Positions 45,410-59,619 are shown, counted from the stretch's first letter. The stretch: 64,000 bases of DNA from Zootoca vivipara (GCF_963506605.1 NC_083290.1:15314001-15378000); one strand, 5' to 3'. Notes: generated by a model not told the origin, from the letters alone. Translations and numbers: made by a program.

Positions 45410-46747
45410 AAAGCACTTTAACATAAAGAAAAAAGAGACTTCCCTAGGAGGAAAGGTTGCCGCATTTGGGACTTTTTAGCGTACAGAAAAGACAAGTACT
45501 GTATGAGGCAGCATGATAGAAGCTTGGCATGGTAGAACTCATGCACATCCCATGAAGCTGAATGTTGGAAGATTCAGGACAGATAAAAGAAGGGACTTCT
45601 TCACACATTGCATAGTTAATCTATGGAACTCACTCCCACAGGGGCCAGTGATGGCCACCAACTTGGATGACTTTAAAAGAGGCCTGGACAAATTCACAGA
45701 GGGTCATAGGGCTACCAGTGGCTACTAGCCATGACAGCTGTGGTCTGCCTTCACAGTCAGAAGCAGGTGAATCCCAGTTGTTGGAAACCACAGGAGGGCT
45801 CTTGTGCTCGGGTCCTGCCTGAGAGTTTCATACAGTCATGTGGTTGGCCACTGTAAGAAGAGGATGCTGGACTAGGTAGGCCACTGGCCTGATCCTGAAG
45901 GCTCTTCTTATGTTCTTAACAGTCATGGAGAATCTTGGGAACCGTGGTTTGGATACTGGGAACTGTAGGTCTGTGAAGTCGGCCCCCTTAACAAACTGCA
46001 GCTCCCGGGATTCTTTGGAGGAAGCCATAACTGCAAAATGTATGGTGTGGATGTGGCCTTAGTTTGAAGCAGCAATAAGCCACCGAGAGTCCTGTAAACA
46101 CCAACAAGATGTTGCAGAAAAGGGCTTGGGAAAGGGATAGGATCACTTTAGCCTCATTTGTGCTTCTCTCCCCATCCCTTCTGGAATTCCCTGAGCTCCC
46201 ATTGGTGTCTTCTAAATTTACAGAGCAAGAAGTCACCACCATGGAGGAGGAGGTTAGTTTATAAGAGACCTATGCTAAGCACACAAGATACTACTGTATT
46301 TGGAAGCTTTACTTATTTATGCATTTATTCATTTTTTAAAAAATTGATACTGCTTCAAATAATTGCAATATCTCAGCGGTTTACAATAAAATATTCGACA
46401 GCGGCAATTAAAATGCAAACAACGTCCAATGCAATTACCTTGAAAACCAGATTAATAATAAGATTAATAAACTACCACTGCATATATCTCAAATGGAAAC
46501 TGAGCAATGTAGAAAAAGGAAGAGTCAGAGTCCAGGAAAGCTTGGGTAAACATACAAGTTTGTAAGAAGTGTTTAAAGGTCAGGACTGTCTCCGCCTCGT
46601 GACCCACTGAAGGGTGGGCGTTCCAGAGGGGTGTGTGCGGTGACTGAGGAGAACCGCTTCTCTTTTACCACCGAGGAATGATCCTCAGGTCATGAAACAG
46701 CCGCATGGTCTCCTCGGGAGACCTAAGGGCACACTCACTCCATAGAC

Positions 46748-46883
46748 CAGGCATGCCCAACTTGCGGCCCTCCAGATGTTTTGGACTACAATTCCCACCA
46801 TCCCTGACCACTGGTCCTGTTAGCTAGGGATAATGGGAGTTGTAGGCCAAAACATCTGGAGGGCCGCAAGTTGGGCATGCCTG
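46748..46883. mobile_element. ~136-bp hAT MITE
   Basis: TSD CCATAGAC. Confidence 0.8.
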
Positions 46884-46901
46884 CCATAGACAAACTGGCC
46901 T

Positions 46902-47266
46902 AATAATAATAATAATAATTATTATTTATACCCCACCCATCTGGGTGGGTTTCCCCAGCCACTCTGGGCGGTTTCCAACAGAAAAATGAAATAAAATAAT
47001 CTATTAAACATTAAAAAGCCTCCCTAAACAGGGCTGCCTTCAGATGTCTTCTAAAAATCTGGTAGCTGTTTTTCTCTTTGACATCTGATGGGAGGGCATT
47101 CCACAGGACGGGTGCCACTACCGAGAAGGCCCTGTGCCTGGTTCCCTGCAACTTGGCTTCTCGCAATGAGGGAACCGCCAGAAGGCCCTCGGCACTGGAC
47201 CTCAGTGTCCGGGCAGAACGATGGGGGTGGAGAAGCTCCTTCAGGTATACTGGACCGAGGCCGTTT
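46902..47266 (-). mobile_element. L2-like LINE 3' end
   Basis: (AAT)n tail, cagggctgccttcagatgtcttctaaaa, gaaggccctc. Related pieces at ~15655-15910 (+) and ~63690-64000. Confidence 0.7.
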
Positions 47267-49067
47267 AGTCAAGCCTTCTTCCCAGGCAACTGTGAGAATT
47301 GTAGACCTGTGAGGGAGATAGAAATCCCCTGACAATTCCTAGCACCCATAGCAGACTATAGTTCCCAGGATTCCTTGAGGGAAACCATGACTGTTCAAGT
47401 GGTATACAATTGATATAAATATATAGTGAAGCCATACACCATCTGAAGAGAGGGGGCCCATAAGACCGTTAAGTCCCAAGATGACCACATACATGGGTCT
47501 GACAAAGACCCATCCCAACCAGCGAGAACTACAACACCCAGCTGGTAATCATCGGTCCACCAGAAAAGGGCCTGGGTCCAGTTTGGCCCATGAATTAATT
47601 GTATTGAATCCCCCCCCCAAAAAAACCCACCACCATACACTTGTCCCATACATGACATAGTATATCAGGCTCTGTGGGTGAGCAGACCCTCCAAGCATCC
47701 CTGTTTTCTAGGGACGCTCCCAGATTCATCTCAGTTTCTGATCTGATGGCCCGCTTTCTCTTAGGACACACCAATTTTTACCGGAGAAATGTTGAAGGGT
47801 ATGAACTAGGACGTCCCTATTTTTATCTGATAAATGTTGGCTGAAAAACACCTTTGCCCTACATTTAGAAAACTATCCCTTACGCCCCAGATTGTAAAAT
47901 GTTTTTTTTTATAAGGTATCGCTCGGCCTTTCCATAAAACTCTTGGCCATGTGATGCGGAGGGTGAAACTCACTCACTTCCTGGTTCCCCACCTCAAACA
48001 AGTTGCCGTGGGGCGAGGGAACGGTTCCAGCCTCGTAAGAAAAACGGACATGGGTCATCGCCTTCTCTCCGTTTCCTGGTCCTAAGGAGGCAACGAAGCT
48101 ATAGAGAAACCAAACTGTTGATAAGAAACCGCCTGGGAATATGTACTCAAGGATAGAATAAAAGCAACTGCAAACAAACAGTCTTTGCTTGGGCTGCTTT
48201 GTTAAACAAGGCTGCTGCACAGGTCATCGTTGCTTACATAAACTCCGGGGCAGAGCAGGAAAGGCTTTGTGGTCCAGTATGTTGTGACTCCAAGAATGGC
48301 CAGCCAGTTGCCTCTTAGAGCTGGGGATGGACCATAGATCACCTAGTCTCTTCCCATGGCTACCAGCCACAATGGCTATGTCCTCCCTCCATTGTCAAAG
48401 CAGGCATGCCTCTGAATACGAACCGGGAATCACAAGTAGGGAGAATTGCTGTTGTGTTCAGGTCATGCTTGTGGGCATACCATTGGGGCATCTGGTTGGT
48501 TGCTGCGAGGGTGGGATGCTGGATTAGATGGGCCACTGACCTGATCCAGCAGCCGCTTCTTATATTCCTATGCATTCCATCATGCATCTTTCTATTTCAG
48601 TTTTTATGCACTTTTTTAAAAATAAAAAATACATTTAAATTGTCTTGTGCTCATAACTAACTAAATAACTGGCAAATACGGATGCCCCGAAGTCTACCAC
48701 TCGAGGTGGCAACTTCCCTTCTCCTTGTGGAGTCGGAAATGCAGCTAAATAAAAGAAAAAGAAAAATGCAACCCAATCCGGAGACCTGAAGATTGGGGAA
48801 AATCTCAGAGAAACTAAAATGGACAGATTTTGCCCATCCATACCTGGGCCTTGAATCTGGAGCCTCTTGCATGCCAAGCAGACACCCTATTGCCCTGAAC
48901 TGTGGCCCTTTCCCATAGCATGCATGCGTGGGTGGGGCGGGGCGGGGGAACACCCATACTGCTGCTACCCTATTCTGTGGCATGTGGTTGCTGTTCCAGG
49001 ATTTTTCTGCCCCTGCAAATGCTCCCTAGGTATGGTGTGTGAAGTAGATTGAGGGGCCAGTTGGTAT

Positions 49068-49751
49068 TATAGAATCATAGAGTTGGAAGAAACCAAAAGG
49101 GCTATCCAGTCCAACCCCCTGCCAAGCAGGAAACACCATCAAAGCATTCCTGACAGATGGCTGTCAAGCCTCTGCTTAAAGACCTCCAAAGAAGGAGACT
49201 CCACCACACTCCTTGGCAGCAAATTCCACTGCCGAACAGCTCTTACTGTCAGGAAGTTCTTCCTAATGTTTAATGTTTTCTTGTAGTTTGAATCCATTGC
49301 TCTGTGTCCGCTTCTCTGGAGCAGCAGAAAACAACCTTTCTCCCTCCTCTATATGGCATCCTTTTATATATTTGAACTTGGCTATCATATCACCCCTTAA
49401 CCTTGTCTTCTCCAGGCTAAACATGCCCAGCTCCCTAAGCCGTTCCTCATATGGCATCGTTTCCAGGCCTTTGACCATTTTGGTTGCCCTCCTCTGGACA
49501 TGTTCCAGCTTTTCAGTATCCTTCTTGAATTGTGGTGCCCAGAACTGGACACAGTACTCCAGGTGAGGTCTGACCAGAGCAGAATACAGTGGTACAATTC
49601 ATTCCCTTGATCTGGATGCTATACTCCTATTGATGCAGCCCAGAATTGCATTGGCTTTTTAAGCTGCTGCATCACACTGTTGACTCATGTCAATTTTGTG
49701 GTTTACCAAGACTTCTAGATCCTTTTCACATGTACTGCTCTCAAGCCAGGT
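49068..49751 (-). mobile_element. CR1 LINE 3' fragment, same subfamily
   Basis: [32 protein letters not shown]; highly similar to 24302-25584. Confidence 0.92.
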
Positions 49752-50204
49752 ATGATGCAGCCCAGAATTGCATTGGTGTTTTTAGCTGCTACATCACACT
49801 GCTGGAGGAGTTTTTTGTGGCACCCATTTGGGGTTAGCATCCATAAAGGTGTCTCATTCCCCAGGCTTTCTATAATCAGGGATTATATGTGTACGTAAGA
49901 TTTCTAGCCTTTGGGAAATTCCCTTGACAGCGCTGATGCCTTTCGGTGAGTGAGTCAATCAGAGACTGACTTCTGACCTGTTTAGTTTTTTTTAAAAAAA
50001 AGAAAGTATCACTAAACGTGTGGGTGTGCATATGATGTAAATATGAACCTTTATTTATTGGCCATCTATTAAGGTCATATGCTTTGAAATCTTATTGATT
50101 CCAACGGTTTAATGTTTGAAGGCAGGGCAGGGAATACCTCTGAGCCTCTATACGGTAATTGGACTCCCATAACTCCCATCAGCCAGCATGAGCAATAGCA
50201 GGGG

Positions 50205-50295
50205 CATAGCTGCCAAGTTCTCCCTTTTTTTTAAGGGAAATTCCCTTATGCTGAATAGGCTTCCTCGCGAGAAAAGGGAAAACTTGGCAGCTATG
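50205..50295. mobile_element. 91-bp hAT MITE, same family, opposite orientation
   Basis: 8-bp TSD AGCAGGGG. Confidence 0.85.
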
Positions 50296-51239
50296 AGCAG
50301 GGGATGGTGGGATATGGAGTCCAGCAACAGCTGGAGGTTCCCCATCCTTGTGCTAAATGATCTCTCAGTGCAACAGGCTCTGTAGGACAGACAAAAAGAG
50401 GATGAGGCTGGCAGTATTTATACCAGGGATGGGGGAACTTTTCAAACTCAAGGGGAACATCCCCTTGTAGGACACTTTCCATAGTCACATGCCCATGTTG
50501 GGTATGATCACCAGAGGCAATTGTGGGCAGAACAGCTCTTGTATTGTACGCAATGGTCCAGCCAGACAAAACCAGAGCTTTCTGCATCTTTCCATCGTCT
50601 ATCGGGGCAAACAGGAGCTATGATTACAGTTCAAGGATGCGTTCTAGCCTGGAAAAGGTACTCAAGGGGAGCATGGAACAGGGCGGGTGAGGTAGTGGGC
50701 ATGGAGAGAGTCCTGCAGGCCAGAAAGAGAAGCATGGAAGGCCAGCTTTGGCCCACGGCCTCAGGTTCCCCATCTCTGGTTTATATAGGAAGCCGAGATG
50801 AGTGAGTGGCTTCCTACTGCCTGCCAATCAGGGTGGCCAATGTGGCACCTCTCTCTATTTGCACCCATGCCTGAAGAGGGCTTCGAGTTGTTCATCTTCT
50901 AGCACAAGGCAAAAGACGTCCCTGATAGATCAGCAGCTCTGGGAGCCACATGACATGAAACAGCCCAGAAGCACACCTTTAGCAACATCCGCTTTGAAGC
51001 TGAGGTTCAACAAAGGAAGACCCACAGATGAAGAGCCGCCCCCTCCCCGACAGGTATGGCCTCTGCCTTCTGCTGCAAATGGGTCCTGCCCTTGCCTGCC
51101 AGCCAGAGCGTCACGGCAAGCAACCAGCTGGAATTCAGGGCCCGTTTCCAGCTTTGCCCTCCTTAGCAAAGCACCATCTTTCAAGCATGCCATTTCTACA
51201 AACAAACAAACGCAGAAAGAGGATGTTCACAGCATTGGA

Positions 51240-51330
51240 AAGGGCAGGCGGAGAGTCCGTTAGGGACGCCACGCCCCTGCCTGAGCTAACACACCCCGCC
51301 CTGGCTCCAGAACTGTTATAAATCCACCCT
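51240..51330 (+). promoter_or_regulatory. CLDN3 core promoter
   Basis: TATAAA at 51317-51322, preceded by Sp/KLF boxes (CCACGCCCC ~51269, CACACCCCGCCC ~51290), about 120 bp before the ATG. Confidence 0.7.
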
Positions 51331-51438
51331 GATGAGCTTGGGCTCCTCAAAGGCTCTGCCCGAAACCAAGAGAGCAACAGGCCGCCGCCACCGCAACACT
51401 GTGCTTGGAGAAACAGCGACTGACTCCGCAGCAGCAAC

Positions 51439-52086
51439 ATGTCGATGGGCCTGGAGATCGGGGGCATCTCCCTCTCTTTCTTGGGCTGGGTGGGCTCCAT
51501 CTTGTGCTGTGGGCTGCCCATGTGGAGAGTCACCGCCTTCCTTGGCTACAACATCGTCACCTCTCAGTACACCTGGGAGGGCCTGTGGATGAACTGCGTG
51601 GTCCAGAGCACCGGCCAGATGCAATGCAAGGTCTACGACTCCATGCTGGCTTTGGGGGCAGACATGCAAGCCGCCCGAGCCCTGATAGTCATCGCCATTG
51701 TCCTTGGGGCGTTTGGGGTGCTCCTCTTCCTTACTGGGGCTCAGTGCACCCGCTGCATCGAGGAAGAATCCGTAAAGGCCAAAGTCACCATTGTCTCCGG
51801 GGTGCTCTTCCTGCTGGCCGGCATCGTGACCCTCATCCCAGTCTGCTGGTCGGCCAACAGAATCATCCGTGAATTCTACAGCGTTTTGGTTCCCGAACCC
51901 CAGAAGCGAGAGCTGGGAGCGGCTCTCTACATCGGCTGGGCAGCCTCCGCCATGTTTCTCTTTGGGGGCGCCTTGCTTTGCTGCTCCTGCCCCCCCAAGG
52001 AGGACAAGTACAGACCCACGAATGTGGCCTACACTGCAGCACCCAGGTCAATAGCAACCAGCTACGACAAGAAGAACTACGTGTGA
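51439..52086 (+). CDS. CLDN3: Claudin-3, 215 aa
   Basis: MSMGLEI start, [29 protein letters not shown], tail APRS...YDKKNYV. Divergent from CLDN4 as in mammals. AATAAA at 53264-53269 and 53470-53475. Confidence 0.92.
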   Translation: MSMGLEIGGISLSFLGWVGSILCCGLPMWRVTAFLGYNIVTSQYTWEGLWMNCVVQSTGQMQCKVYDSMLALGADMQAARALIVIAIVLGAFGVLLFLTGAQCTRCIEEESVKAKVTIVSGVLFLLAGIVTLIPVCWSANRIIREFYSVLVPEPQKRELGAALYIGWAASAMFLFGGALLCCSCPPKEDKYRPTNVAYTAAPRSIATSYDKKNYV

Positions 52087-55000
52087 AGTGGAAGGGCAGC
52101 CCTGTTCGGGGGTGAAGTTTGAGGTGCCCACCGGGACTCTCCTGACCTTCACCTTTGCTTCCTCCAGGAAACAGGGAGGATAGATGTCCAGAGACATTGC
52201 TCAGCTTGCCCTTTAGGGACCGGACTTGCACCTGAGGACCTGAAAGGCGTCCTCGGGAGAGGAATGGACTTGGCTACCTCCATCGTCCTCTCCTTTTTTT
52301 GTGCGGATGTTGTTTGCTTATGAACTGAACACTCCTTGCTTCCCTTATTGGACTTCGACCCCACCCTTGGCAGACTGGACCCCCAAACCCCATGGCTCAG
52401 ACTTTGCCTCTAGTCCCCATCGAGTCCAGCATGGGGCCAGGGCATAACCGTCTACGGTTTGTACAGCCTGGGAGATTCCTAGCAGATGGCTTGCCTCATG
52501 CCGTTCCACCCTCATGTTAGACCTCCATTTTCTCTACCATGGATTGTTTTGTGTGGGTTTGGGGTTTTTTTTGTTTTGTTTTCCATGGAGGGGTAACTTG
52601 AGAAACCAATCAAGGGGTGGGGGAGGGCTGTGATAATTTTCTGGCGCAGAAAGAGGACCCCCCCCCCGAAATCTGTTCCTGAGCCGACCTGTGTTGGGAA
52701 ATGGTCCAATGAAGGTCGGCAGTTGTTAAGAAAACAGGCTTTGAGAAGATAAAATAGACCATCTTTGGGGCGGGCACAGGAGGAGGCTGCTGAACTGGTC
52801 TCAAAAACGGCCAGTCTTTTCCCGTAAGCAAAATGGCAGAAGGTTAGTGGCTGCAGACCTCTTCCTCTCTCTCTCTCTCCCCTTCAGGGATTAGTTTTGA
52901 AGGTGTCCACGCTGCCATCTCTTGCCCTGAGGTAATGAAGAGAAATGCAAGAGAAAACAAACAGTCCTGCTGAAGAAAAGCAGTTGCTATGAGGCAAAAA
53001 AACCAAAACAAAACAAAAAGAGAGAGGCTGCGCCTGAGCACTTGAGGCATATAGGGAAGCTCGCTGTAGGTTGCCGAGCTGAGGGGTAAAGATGGCCGGC
53101 AGCCTTTGCCTCGTCACGCCACACCCTCCTGCCCTTCACAGCGAGTTCCCTTCGGCCGCAAGGGAACAAGTGGCCCAGTAAGTCCGGCTCCTTGAGGATG
53201 CCCAGCGGTGGCCACCGTCTGCAGGGAGAGGGCAGAGGGGTGCATAAGAAGCTCCTTAAGCCAAATAAAATTCACCTTGACATGTGGTGGATCCCTGTGA
53301 CCTTTCCCCCCTCAACCCTCCCCTGGAAAGGAGACGCAATGTTTTTGGTGGTGAACTTTGTTACACGTGCACGAGCGCAATTGTGCTCCCCTCTTTTGCT
53401 TTGTGATATGCTAAGTTATGTGGTATTTTCTGTCTCTCTTTCGTTCCCCCGTCCCGCTTTCTTCGCGCCAATAAAACTCTGGTGTACTTGACAATCCAGG
53501 ACTGGCAAATTCCATTCTTCCGAGAACGGCGAGCTGGGCTGGCCACATTCCCAGAGCTCCCCTGTCGTTCTTTTGCTCCAACTTTGTTTTACTATTATTA
53601 TTATTGCTGTTGCAGCTGTTGTCAGTGTGTTTTTATTAATTGGGTTTCTTAGCTGCCCTCCACTGTGAGATGCTAATACTAAAACCAATAATAAGAATTT
53701 AAAATCAGAAGAAAACGGTGGGTCCGCCTGGAAATATTTATTTTATTCACAAAATGTACATACCGCTTGATTGTATAAAAACAAATAACCCTCAAAGCAG
53801 TTTGCAAAAAGAATAAAGCAATGCAATGAGCAGGGAAAACCATAAATCAACTCTTTGGAACATTCAAAAGATAAAATTAGCAATAAATGCAAAACAGAAT
53901 AAAACATGCATCTGCATTCTACATGTCTGGGTAGGCTTGTCTGAACAAAAATGATTTTAGCAGTCGCCGAAAAGAGTATAGTGGAGGCGTCTGCCTGATG
54001 TCAAGAGGCAAGGAGTTCCGGGGCTGCCATACTCAAATATCAATTTAATGCACATGCAGAAGGGGTCGTACGTGGCACCTGTAGCAGGGCCACCTGCGTC
54101 TCTTGGGTGTCAAAGGTCAGGGTAAAAAATGTGCATCTTCAGCTCACGATGAAAGCTATACAGTCATTGGGCCAGAGGCACTTTTATGTATGTGCGTTTG
54201 GTGAGGGGAGAATTATGCAGAAACAAACAAACAAAAATGTCCTCTATAGGGTCATCACCCCAAACTTCTGAGGGCTGTAGAACTACCAAGAGGATCTCCT
54301 CTGTCCCAAGAGGATATGTGGGGATCAGTGCTAAGCATAACTATAACTGTTGGGGAATTGAGGGAAACCAGACCCTCGCCCAATACTACTATAAGCAGAG
54401 TACAATGATGAGTTTTGAGTGTCCACAATGAAATATTCCAGTGCTAGGGATAAAAATCGGTGCACGCTGTTCACCACCTTTTACAAATGATTTAGAAATT
54501 GCAGCTTTGAGTATCCATGATGACGTATTCTGGCCCTGTTTTGCAAACAATTTAGAAATCATAAATTTGAGTGGCTATGATGAAATATTCTGATGCCGAG
54601 GAAAGAAATTGGTGTACAGTACCCACCAACTTTCACAAAGGGTTTAGAAAGTGCAGGTCTTATTTGCTATCTTGTAATCCAGCCGTAATCCAGCTCTCAA
54701 TCAGGGGAGGTGGCATTGTGAGGACTTTACAGTAAGTTAAGGGTTGTAGAGTGAAAAGCCTTCAGGTCTGATCCATAGGGCATAAACCATTGCAGCCTTC
54801 CCAGCCACTGCGCCCTCCAGATGTCCATACTACAACTCCCATCGTCCCTGACCATCGACCGTGCTGACTGCGGCTAATGAGAGTTGTAATCCAAAATATC
54901 TGAGCTTCCAGAATGTCCAGTTTGAAGCAAAACTGGAGCTTTGTAAGAAGATGACCGAGGAATGTTTTCCGCCCAAAGGAAGTCAGTTTGCAAGAGGTTC

Positions 55001-58000
55001 AGGATAGTCATTCTCCACAGGAGGTGTAATTAACATGAGGGACTCACTGCCACATGATGGGAGGTGAGAGAAAAAGAAATTAGACAAAATACAGTGTGGG
55101 CAGGGGAAGGAAAGGGGGCTATCGGACACAACAGATAATTAAACAGATGAATGTCTCTATTTGTCAAGGATGGTTCTGAGTACCAGATGTTTGCTCATAC
55201 CCTGCTTGTGGGATCCAGAACCTACCACTGGGCCAAGAGGACCCAGGATGCCAAAATGGAGCATGCATGCCCAAATGCAGTCTACCTCTGAATATTAGAT
55301 GTCTGGGAATAGACACTGATGGAGGGGCCGTCACTGTCATGCTGCACTTGGAAACTTCCCAGAGGCATCTCAGTTGCCACTCTTTGGAAGACATGTTTAG
55401 TCAGAGGAGTGGAGCTTCTCAGACCCAGGGGACAAATACGGCCCCCAGGCCTCTCTATCTGGCCCTTGGGACTCTCCCCAGGCCACCACACTTCATGCCT
55501 TCCTTGAGGGTTTTGGCCTGACTGGAGTGTGTCCTTGAACTCTGACCATGCTTCTCGGTTGCCTAGAAGTAGAAAAGAGAGAGAGGTGTGCGAGTGGAAA
55601 CAAGCGGAATGTACAAAGGTAAACATCTTCATTCTTTGCCCGACCCCCTTTTGCTATTGGCCACACTCTCCCCTGGAAGGTTTCTGAGGACATGAGGCCC
55701 TTGGGATTAAAAGGGTTCCCCATCCCCGAAATACCACCCCAGTCAGGCAATTCGTACATTTTGTGTGTGTGAGATGCTTTGCGGGCCAGAATCCTTAGTC
55801 TGGGTCATGGGAAGTCCCTGAATTCAAAGTTCGTTGCCTGTTGTCAGGGTGACGTGAGATATGGCTCAACTGCAGCCAACCTTTATCCTTTGAGGAGGAA
55901 GTGGCAGTGGGGTCAACGATTATATAACAAATGAAAACAGGAGCTAAATGGGTGAATTGAAGCAAGACTTGGTGGATTGGTCCCACTGTAAGTGTGAGAG
56001 GCAGAAAGGCAACTGTCTACGTCTGTTTATCATTCCAGGACTGAGCCGTGTTATATCAGAAATAGATTACAAACTGCATCCTATTAAGCCCGGGGCTTTG
56101 TTTCTCAAAATAAGAGGTTCTGGGGTGAGAGGTTGAGAGCAAGGAAATGAAAAAGGGGTGTGTGTGAAACTTTTTGAGCTCCGTACTTGTGTGTCTACAG
56201 TACACTTAGCACATGATCAGAGGCACTCTTCCCCATATTATTATTGCAATTATATCCCGCCTTTTTCTCCAAGGAACTCAAAGTGGTGTGCATGGTTCTC
56301 CTGTTTAATCCCCACACAACAACCCTGTGAGGTAGGACAGGCTGAAAGGCAAGGTCACAAATAGTGAGCTTCATGACTGATTAGGGATTCGAACCCTGGT
56401 CTCCCAGCACTCTTAAACAGCTACATCACCAGTGGCTCTATGTAATGTGATGCAATAGTATTATTTTCCCCATTCCATCCCAAATGCTGAATGCAGGTTC
56501 TCAAACAAAAGGCTCCCGCAAATGGCAATCTCGACAGCTGAACCAGGACGTGAATTGTTGGCAATATATGTCCGTTCCTTGTTTTCCTGCAGAGGGTGGC
56601 TTAAACCTGCATAGTTTCAGCCGGGACGAGGAAGAGAAGCAGCCCCTGGCCACCTTTCGCTGGTGTGTTCCCAGACGAGAGTGGGTTGAGCAAGCTTCTG
56701 TTTATATCCTTCTGTTCCTTGCGCAGGGAGATTGATGCATGATGGCTCCCACACCCTCCTCCTTGGATCAGCACACTTGCATGAGGCAATCATTGCAAGG
56801 GGGACACTGCGGAGTTGAGGGTGGGGAGAGAGAGGCAGGTGGGGCTGGGAATCCTCGGCAGAAACAGAAGCAGGGTGGAATGGTTCGGGGAGTGAAATTG
56901 CCCAGCCCCTTGTTCACTCACATTTCTTTGGGGTGGGGTGTCCATACATCACCAGTGCCAGGTTTTATTTTGGGGGGGGGGAGTGGAGTTGAGCAAGGGA
57001 GCCTCCATCAGGTTCCCCACCCCACCCCCAATCGTAGAATTGTAGAGTTGGAAGGGATCCCCCAGAGGTCATCCAGTCCAACCCCCTGCAATGCAGGAAT
57101 CGCCGCTGAAGAATCCCTGGCAAATGGCTGTCTAAGCTCTCCCACGTCCCACCCTCTCTCTCACACACAAATATGCACAAAACTGTGGAGCTTCAGAGAA
57201 TTCCAGTGCCCAGCCCCCCACCCCTCAAGGCAGCGGGTCTTGGCACGCACCCAGTTATGCCCACCTCTCACACCGGCCGCCTGGCATCCTTCTGCAATCT
57301 TCCCATAATTCCCCAGTGCTGCTTCTGGGGGGGCCGCCAATGTCAGCCACTCCTCAGAGGACAAACACTGATATAAATGGACTTAAGGAACTTAGCAGTC
57401 AATCAGATGATGATTTGGTAGGATAGCACCCCCTGTATTTTCTTCTTACTGTATGAAGTCTAACTTTCGGGGTTTTTTAGTTAGCCTCCATTCAGTACAG
57501 CCTGCACCAACTCCATGCCCTCCAGATGTTTTGGACTGCAATTCCCATCAGCCCCAGGTTGGCAAAGGCACTACTTTCCCTTTTTTTCTGAGAGGCCTGG
57601 TCTTTATCTGATTCTTTAGTTGCAATTTCTGCATTGCCAGGGGCTGGACTAGAGGACCTTTCTGGCCCCTTCCAGTTCTTCAATTGATTCTATGAAGTGG
57701 GCAGTGATGCTATTGGGCAATTGAACCCCTCACAGCTCAGCGTACGTTTCAAGGTGTCACCTTCATTTTTTTTAATAAAAAAAATTAATATTAAAATTAA
57801 GTCATTAATCACTTCCTAAACCACCTTCTCAATGCCCTTTACACATAAGATAATGAAACACACACACCCCCCCAAAAAAACACCACAAAAGCAAGACTAA
57901 AAACCTAAAAAGTGGACATTTGTATTTTTGGTGGAGTTTTTTTTTTACTATCACTATTTTATGAGGTCCTGAAAATACTTTTCAGGCTTTTTAAAAACAA

Positions 58001-58003
58001 ATA

Positions 58004-58191
58004 CAGTGGTACCTCGGTTTAAGTACACAATTGGTTCCGGAAGTCTGTACTTAACCTGAAGCGTACTTAACCTGAAGCGAACTTTCCCATTGAAAGTAAT
58101 GGAAAGTGGATTAATCCGTTCCAGACGGGTCCGCGGAGTACTTAAACTGAAAGTACTCAAACTGAAGCGTATTTAAACCGAGGTATGACTG
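58004..58191. mobile_element. Tc1/mariner MITE, single-unit relative of 13069-13484
   Basis: Same TIR and a single internal block; TA TSD. Confidence 0.85.
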
Positions 58192-58279
58192 TAAAAAAAT
58201 AGCAATAATTATCATACTGCTTAACCAAAGGCTCTGGAGAACTATAACAGCTAAACTCTATTTTTAAATATATATATAA

Positions 58280-59160
58280 CTAGCTGGCCCTGCACGCGTT
58301 GCTGTGCGTTAGTCTGTCAAATGGAGGGTAATAAGCCCCCTTCAGATCCCCCTGAGCCTCAGAGTCCCCCTGTTTTACAGGATCTCGTGGCGGAGGCTGG
58401 GTTTGTGGGTGTGGCGCGTTGTTGTGGCTAATCCCTGTGACTGTCCCGTGTCCCGATCCATGATCTATTCTGTTTGTCCCTGTTTGGTATTTATTTTTGT
58501 CTTGTGGTTATTTGGGGGGGGGATTTGGGGGGGTAGTGGTGCTAAATTTTAAAGTAAAAACCCCTTGCCGTGCCCCCAAGTGCATTACTGTGGGTTATCC
58601 CCCCCCCGGGCCTAGTGGGGGCCTGGCAGGGGCCTACATAAAACAAAGGCCGTGCTGCGGCCTGCGACCCGGGCGGTTGTCCTTCCGCCCCCCCCCCCAG
58701 GCCTAGTCGGGGCCTGGCAGCCTGGCAGGGGGCTACATAAAACAAAGGCCATGCTGCGACCTGCGATCCGGGTGCTCGCCCTCTCCCCCCCCCCCGGGCC
58801 TAGTGGGGGCCCAGCAGCCTGGCAGGGGCCTAGGGGTCTGATAATGGCCGCCTTGGTGGTTTCAGTTGCTTGGTTGATGATGTCATTATTTGGTTTGTGG
58901 GTGTGGTGTAGATTTCACAGGAAGGGAGGGGGTGTAGGAGGAGGAGCTGAGGGAATAACGCCACTTGAGGGCGCTGTTTGACTTGGTGGAAAGCCAGGAT
59001 TATATCTGCCCAGGTGTGAGATTTGAGGGATTTTCTTTTCCAACAACGCTTGGGGAGTGGCCTGGATCGTTGTGTCAAAATTTCAGGACAATCGGTCAAG
59101 CGGTTACGGATAAAAGTGGAACACTCACTTTCACGATCTTTACATTTTTTTATATATAGA
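58280..59160 (-). mobile_element. Non-autonomous Helitron (881 bp)
   Basis: Minus strand starts A|TCTATATATA and ends GCACAGCAACGCGTGC hairpin...CTAG|T. No TSD. Internal GC-rich tandem repeats at ~58600-58830. Confidence 0.78.
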
Positions 59161-59619
59161 TGAAAAAATAAGGCTCGCTTATCACCATTTTAGCACCTGT
59201 TTCCCCGGCCTAATTAATATCCCTTCCAATCCAAAGCAAACATTTAACACCATGTTGTTGACATTTAACAGACAATAAAGGATGATCACTCTTAAATCAA
59301 TAAGCACTTTGTGACAAATAAGTAACAGGATTTAAGTGCTTTTTGAAAAAACGAATACTCAGATTTCCCACCCACTTTACAAATATCCACTCTGGTGAAT
59401 TGGATCCTCCCCATCGATCTCAGCTCCACCACAAATTACTGCTCATAGTGAGTAAAATGTACAATAAGGCACTATATCCCTAATAGTTAGGGTGACCATT
59501 ATCCTAGTTCACAGAGGATAGTCCTCTATTTGAACGTGTCCTCCATTTGAGTCAGGGACGTCCTGTTTAAAGTCCTGTTTAAAGAACCCTAAGAGCGGTG
59601 GGGATAACTTGATGGAGAT

